Source: Psammoneis japonica (lineage: Eukaryota). From it: a stretch of DNA of 64,000 bases. Below are positions 58,195-64,000 of this stretch, in pieces (the first letter of the stretch is position 1; every line of letters begins with the position of its first letter). The stretch spans positions 62,001 to 126,000 of the forward strand of contig QPGO01000011.1 of assembly GCA_008632985.1 (NCBI GenBank). Reading direction: 5' to 3'. Below the pieces are notes generated by a model. That model saw only the letters and a program-made list of their open reading frames with translations, made no database searches and was not told where the DNA came from. The translations under genes and the position numbers were made by a program.

Positions 58195-61100
58195 ATGATG
58201 CCCTTGAAATATCACTTTCCTACTCGAATAATGGCTGTATTATCATTCGGAGTTTCCATATCGAAGTCTCTTTCTCTGGTTGCAACCCGGCAGCGAGTCG
58301 TCGCTGCATCATCCAGATCGTTTTCTCTGGTTGCAACACGGCCGAGAGGAGTAGTTGCATCGCCTTTGCTCTGCAACCGAGCTTCGTTTCAGACCCAACG
58401 CTCTAGACAGGGCTCCCTGCAGCTCTTCTCAACCATGAATAGCAATGTCGAGATATCTCCCACTACGCATGGTACAAAGAAGCTAGACGCTCTTACGCAG
58501 GGAGTGGACCCTGCGCTAGCAAACGTTCTACAACAAAAGAAACTCATCAATCCAACTCCGATTCAAGCCCATGCAATCCCGCTGTTATACAAGGGCTATG
58601 ATGTCATGGCGGCAGCGCAGACAGGTTCGGGAAAGACTCTCATGTTTTCTTTACCTCTCATCCAGAAGCTCTTGCGAAACCCAACACGAAGAAGAAGCAA
58701 ATCACCATCTGCCATTGTCTTAAATCCCACTAGAGAGCTCGCCATTCAAACAGCCAAGGTAATCAACGAGCTCATCAAGGGAACGTCGCTCCAAGTAAGT
58801 TTGGCAACTGGGGGTGCCAATGTTGGGAGACAAAGACGTGAGTTGTCGACATGTGACATACTCGTAGGGACTCCGGGACGAATTTTGCAATTTGTAGACG
58901 AACGTGTCCTCTCTCTACAAGAGACGACCGACGTTGTTGTCGATGAAGGTGATCGCATGCTTGACTTGGGATTTGAGCCCCAGCTAAAGCGCATAGCAAG
59001 GGCGTTGAAAGCACACGACAAGAGGACAGTCTTGTGTTCTGCCACTTTTCCATTGGATGTTCAGCACGTGGCATCTGAGTTTCTTCGACAAGACTATTAC
59101 TTTGTTGCGGTGGGACGAGTCGGGGGAACAAACGAACGAATCAAACAAAAGGTCTTGTGGGTTGACGGAGGGCCACAGGCTCGACGGAAACGAGTCATTC
59201 AAGAAATAAACAACTTTCTCAAGCAAAACAAGAAGCAGCGTATCATTGTTTTCTGCAACACAAAAGAGGAAGCGGAACGTGTCGGGTCGTCTTTAGAAGG
59301 AAAATCGGTACGTGTGGTTACAGGTGATAAAATGCAAAAAGAAAGGAACCAGGCATTGCAAGGTTTTCGGGACGGGACGATCCAAATTCTCGTTGCTACT
59401 GATATCGCGGCGAGAGGTCTAGATGTACCCGACGTTGGTCTCGTTCTGCAAGCAGACGCACCTCGCGATTCAGATACCTTTGTTCACCGAGTGGGGAGAA
59501 CTGGAAGAGCGGGAGCACGTGGGAATGCTATTGCAATACTTAACGAGAGATCAACGGGCATCGCTATGGATCTTGTAGAGATGCTTCAAGAGGCAAAGCA
59601 GCCAGTACCCGTTTGGCTGACAGGAATGGCACATGTGTCGAGAGCACGGCGGCTAGAAGAAGAAAGGCTCATCATCAAAGGTGGGGGGACGAATGAACGG
59701 GATAGAGCTGCGTCTGCCGATGACGGCTTAGTTGATCCTGCCTCTAACGATGGGTTTACCGTGCAAGACTTTCGTCGGAATGCAGAACTTGGAACTTGGG
59801 GGTCAGAACGAGACATTTCTTATAAGTCTTTCGACGATGACGCATACACAACTCTTGAGGACATTGATTTGACAACATTACAGACAGACGACACGACTAT
59901 GCAGGGGCTCAAATCGTCCGAACCCGCCGATGCAGAGGAAGGCCCTGCTTGGTTAAACCAGAGCGTTTCTCCTTCTTTTTCGTATCAGAAACCCAGTCAA
60001 CAGCTGTCGGAGGCATTGAACGAATCAGTGATGTCGATAATTCAACCGAGAATCCGAATCGAAAGGTGCTTGCTTCGTTAAGAAACAGCAACTCTCAACG
60101 CCTTCGATTCGAATATATTGGAATGTTTCCCTTTGATGTGATTCGGCCTTTTTTGACCTCTGGATCACCAGACTCACGAGAACGAACTAATAGCAGTGAC
60201 CAAAAATGCCAAGGTTGTTGATGGTAGCGGAAAAGCCCAGTATAGCGGAAGCTATTGCAAATGCATTAAGTGGGTCGCGTGGTCCTCGGAAACGACGCGG
60301 AATTTCTCGAGCCTTGCCAGTCTATCAATTCACAGCCAAAGCGAATTTGCCTGGACAGGCCAACAAGAGTGGCAGCAAATCGCAGCTATGTTCGATAACA
60401 GTAACCAGTGTGGTGGGACACGTGTTCTCGCTCGGATTCGACCAGGAAAATATGAATGGTGATCGTCGTCATGCTGATCCTATTGAGTATTTCAGCATGC
60501 CGGTGGTCAAGCAAGAAGAAGGTTCGACAGGGAAACTGCGAGTAGTAGAGCATCTCAAGGCCCTCGCAGGAGACTGCGACCACTTGGTCCTATGGCTAGA
60601 TTGTGATGCAGAAGGCGAAAACATCGCTCATGAGGTGATGGGGATCGCACGGAAGGCGTTGGAGCAAAAGGTAGCGGAAGAGAAGTTGCGAAACGCTGAC
60701 AGCGATGCTGCGTCTCGTAGAATCCATAGAGCACGCTTTTCTGCGATAACACAAGAGGCATTGCGCCATGCTTTTGCTAATCTTGTTGAGCCAGATTCGG
60801 CTTTGTCCAGATCCGTAGACGCCCGTCAAGAGCTTGACCTTCGTGTCGGTGTATCACTAACAAGGCTGCTAAACTGGAGATGTGTTGGCTACGCGAGGAA
60901 AAGATTCTCACCTACGACGAAGCTGGTCAGCTATGGACCATGTCAAACGCCTGCACTCTCTTTTTGCGTCGATCGCTCTCGCGAGATAGAAGCTTTCAAG
61001 CCTGAAAAGTACTGGAAAGTTGACGTCTCTATCCGATCTAAGAACAGCAAGGCTTCAAAATACCAACCAAAATGGCAGCCTGCGAGAGAAAGCATGGTTG

Positions 61101-62664
61101 GAAAACGCGAGGGCTCGAAAGGAAAAGGTGGTTCTGCTTTCGAAGACTGTGCAACTTACAATGAACAGCTTGCGAAACGAGTTGTGCAGCGTCTGTCTTC
61201 TCCCACCGTTGAGCTAGAGATTGCACGAGTGGAGAGCGTAGCAGAGACAATAAATGCTCCTCTGGGCTTAAATACAGTCGCCCTTCTCTCTGCCGGTTCC
61301 AAGGCAATGGGTATGTCGCCAAAACAGGTCATGAACGTCGCGGAAAAGCTCTACAGTGCCGGTTTCATTTCTTACCCTCGAACCGAAACAACACGGTACG
61401 ATCCATCTGGCTTCGATGTTCGGTCGGTCCTTAAGGAACATGTTTCACACCCTGAATGGGGTAGGACGTCATCTCATTTGCTAAAAACAAAGTATCAGAA
61501 TTCCGGTCGTCCCCCCACACGAGGCCATGATGCAGGTGATCATCCACCAATTACGTGCCTCAAGCCCGCTACTCGAGAAGAAGTTGGTGGCGGTGCAGCT
61601 TGGCGCGTTTACGATTTCGTCGCACGAAACTTTCTTGGCTCGCTTGGAGATGAGCTCAGGTTTACCAGGCGAGTAGCAGAGTTAAAAATGAACGACGGAA
61701 AAACTAGAAATGACGACGGATCACATATTCCCTCGTTTCTACTTGAACAAGTCAGTGTTGACTCGCTTGGTTTTGCCGGTAGGTAGTTCCATTCAAAGTC
61801 GGATCATTTCCCATGGGAAGAGCTAGACTTACATCATCGTTCCATGTTCTAGGTGCCTGCCGATGGGTTCTGCGCGACATAGGTGCTCCATCGAAGGATG
61901 ACACCGTCGCCCCGTTCGAAAAAGGCATGCGTTTTGATGTCGAGGGTGCCAGATGCGAAGCTACTTTTACTCGACCTCCGAAATTTCTACAAGAGCATGA
62001 ATTGATTGAGCTCATGGACGCAAATAGAATCGGAACGGACGCATCAATGGCTGGTCATGTCAACAACATCGTTGATAGGCAATATGTCGTGATCTGTGAC
62101 GAAAGTGGAGTTCCCCTTCGACCCCCCAGTCCACCTCGACCCGGTAGGCCACGTCCGCCACGACAAGTAGGACGATACCTGGTTCCTACTTCGCTCGGAA
62201 TAGGCTTAGTGGACCTGTTCGGGAGAAGCAGTGAAAGTGAAATTGCTATGACAGTCGACATGGTGAATGGAGGTTCTCCCGTTCTGCTTACTCGGCCCAG
62301 GATTCGGGCTCTGATGGAGGAAGAGGTTCGCACAATTGCCACTGGAAAACTCGACAAGAACGAATGTCTGGATAAGAATCTTGCTTGGTTTGAAGCACGC
62401 TACCATGAATTCGAATCATTGCTTACACGTCGTCGACTCGAGCTCTTCTCAAAGTCTCTTGAGCCGGTAAAGTCAAGCCTCAGCTACTGGAGGCAGATGA
62501 ATGTGTTTGAGCCAGTTCCGCAAACGCAACAAAAGAGAAGCGGTTCCAAGCATAGGGCCACGCACAAAGCGCCAAGGCGCAGAACGGCAAAGCACGGCCC
62601 ACCAAGGCGTATCAGGGACACTACTAGATCAGCGAAAGCCACAACCCGACGTGGTTCCAGATGA
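58195..62664 (+). CDS. Probable DEAD-box (Ded1/DDX3-like) helicase - TOP3B-type topoisomerase IA fusion; two -1 breaks (~60017, ~60203), intron 61779-61852
   Basis: PTPIQ, AQTGSGKT, PTRELA, TPGR, DEGD, SAT, ARGLD, HRVGRTGRAG; then LMVAEKPS, WLDCDAEGENI, GPCQTP, ISYPRTET, GHDAGDHPPIT, IGTDAS. Both domains are clear; the fusion is inferred. Confidence 0.8.
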
Positions 62665-63364
62665 GAATAGCTTCAGAGTGCTTGAAGGGAAGATACTGTA
62701 AGTTTGAAATTTTCTTTGCTGCAGCTCGGTTGAAGTGAGAATCAGTGTTGATGGTCGGGAAAAAAGCATTACCGATTGCCGTTGCGAATCTCAATTGTCG
62801 CTTGAATTGCTTGGCATAATTCAACCCGGTCTCGCACTTCTCCACTTATCTTTCTACCTTCGCTGCACTCATATTGCTTCGATGCACGGTCATTGCTCAT
62901 AAGTCCGCATTAAGAAGTATCTCTACTCTAGAGACAGGAGACAGATAGTTCAAGGTCGTGAGTTACTACTCGAGCAATCATAGCTCTAGTAGAGTAGAGG
63001 TTATTGTTTTGAGTAGCCCGGATCGTTACAAACGTTACACTGCCCATTTCTTATCATGTAAAAATACAGTAACACGAGTTTTTGTCAGGGGTTTGTCGAT
63101 ATCTGTGACACTTCAACCACGAGCTCTTTCACGTACCGTAGAAGAGTACTGGAATCTACACGTTCATCGCACTGCCGCCATGCCGATTTCGAATTTGTAT
63201 GAGTCAGCAGTTTCCTTACAGGTACAATCAGTACAATGGAGCTCCATCTGAGTAAGACGTGCTGAGGAAGGCGCCGACTGATCGCGAGGCGCCCTTGTTC
63301 AGATTCATTATGCTGGAAAGAGCTCATCATAGTTACGACGGTAGCAGTATCTGCAAGCTGCATT

Positions 63365-64000
63365 ATGTCAGTCGTTTGGAGTTGCTTCATTTTCGTCCTG
63401 GTGGCCTCGTCGCGGGCTACGCAAGGCTTCGTGGCTCCACCTCAAAACTCAAGAGGCTTTCACACCAGCACTCCTATGAATATGGTAGCAACGGAAGTCA
63501 GCGCGGAAGTTAATCCTCGGATGGAAGGTCTCGCCCTTATGTTGGATGATGGGACACGGAAGTCACATAGCGTTGCGGAAAATACTGCGTTTGTCTCCGG
63601 ATTCTTTCGTGGGCTGTCAACCAAGGAAGCTTATCGAAACCTTCTTCAATCACTCTACTTTGTGTACTCAGCAATGGAAGAATCTTTTGACCTAACATCT
63701 GACAAACGCGTGGAGATCCTTGATGATCCAGCATTGCGCCGCTTGTCAGCGTTGAAAGAGGACATGGAATACTTCTATGGCAATGGCTGGAAAGAGAAAG
63801 TTAAAGCGTCACCAGCTACCAAGGCATACGTTGCCCGTATTCGAAAGGTGGCAGAATCAAAGCCGTATCTGCTGATTGGACATCAGTATTCGCGCTATCT
63901 GGGTGACTTGTTTGGCGGACAGATGATGGGGGGCATGGCTCAACGAAGCTTGAACTTGGATGGGAATAAAGGTGTTGCATTCTATCAGTTCAATGATATT
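63365..64000 (+). CDS. HO1: Plastid-targeted heme oxygenase (runs off the window end)
   Basis: Not in the ORF track. MSVVWSCFIFVLVASSRATQG-FVAP bipartite presequence; GTRKSHSVAENTAF, LYFVYSAMEE, HQYSRYLGDLFGGQMM. Confidence 0.92.
   Translation, partial: MSVVWSCFIFVLVASSRATQGFVAPPQNSRGFHTSTPMNMVATEVSAEVNPRMEGLALMLDDGTRKSHSVAENTAFVSGFFRGLSTKEAYRNLLQSLYFVYSAMEESFDLTSDKRVEILDDPALRRLSALKEDMEYFYGNGWKEKVKASPATKAYVARIRKVAESKPYLLIGHQYSRYLGDLFGGQMMGGMAQRSLNLDGNKGVAFYQFNDI

Overview
Eukaryotic, diatom-like genomic window: short GT-AG introns, bipartite plastid presequences and diatom-type Ty1/copia elements. Host genes: a lumen-targeted protein, a RING-H2 ligase, a DnaJ protein, cystinosin, an MtnB-MtnC fusion, a tandem sulfotransferase, cytoplasmic dynein heavy chain, three coiled-coil paralogs, a SEC14 protein and heme oxygenase. 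There are also two full-length copia elements, a MITE and three compositionally abnormal islands. Two observations stand out. (1) A RIP-like but opposite-direction hypermutation converts TpA to TpG/CpA (A:T>G:C) in discrete islands, alongside CpG decay. It is visible in the LTR-vs-LTR differences and the systematic Tyr>Cys/His, Leu>Pro and Val>Ala changes of copia element 1 (YVDD>HVDD), nearly complete in older islands, and absent from the young copia element 2. (2) A probable single-polypeptide fusion of a Ded1/DDX3-like DEAD-box helicase to a TOP3B-type topoisomerase IA (reverse-gyrase-like layout) with an organelle-type presequence. The frame breaks in dynein, copia 2 and the fusion gene are all -1 shifts and are probably sequencing deletions. 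All dinucleotide counts are approximate, by eye.
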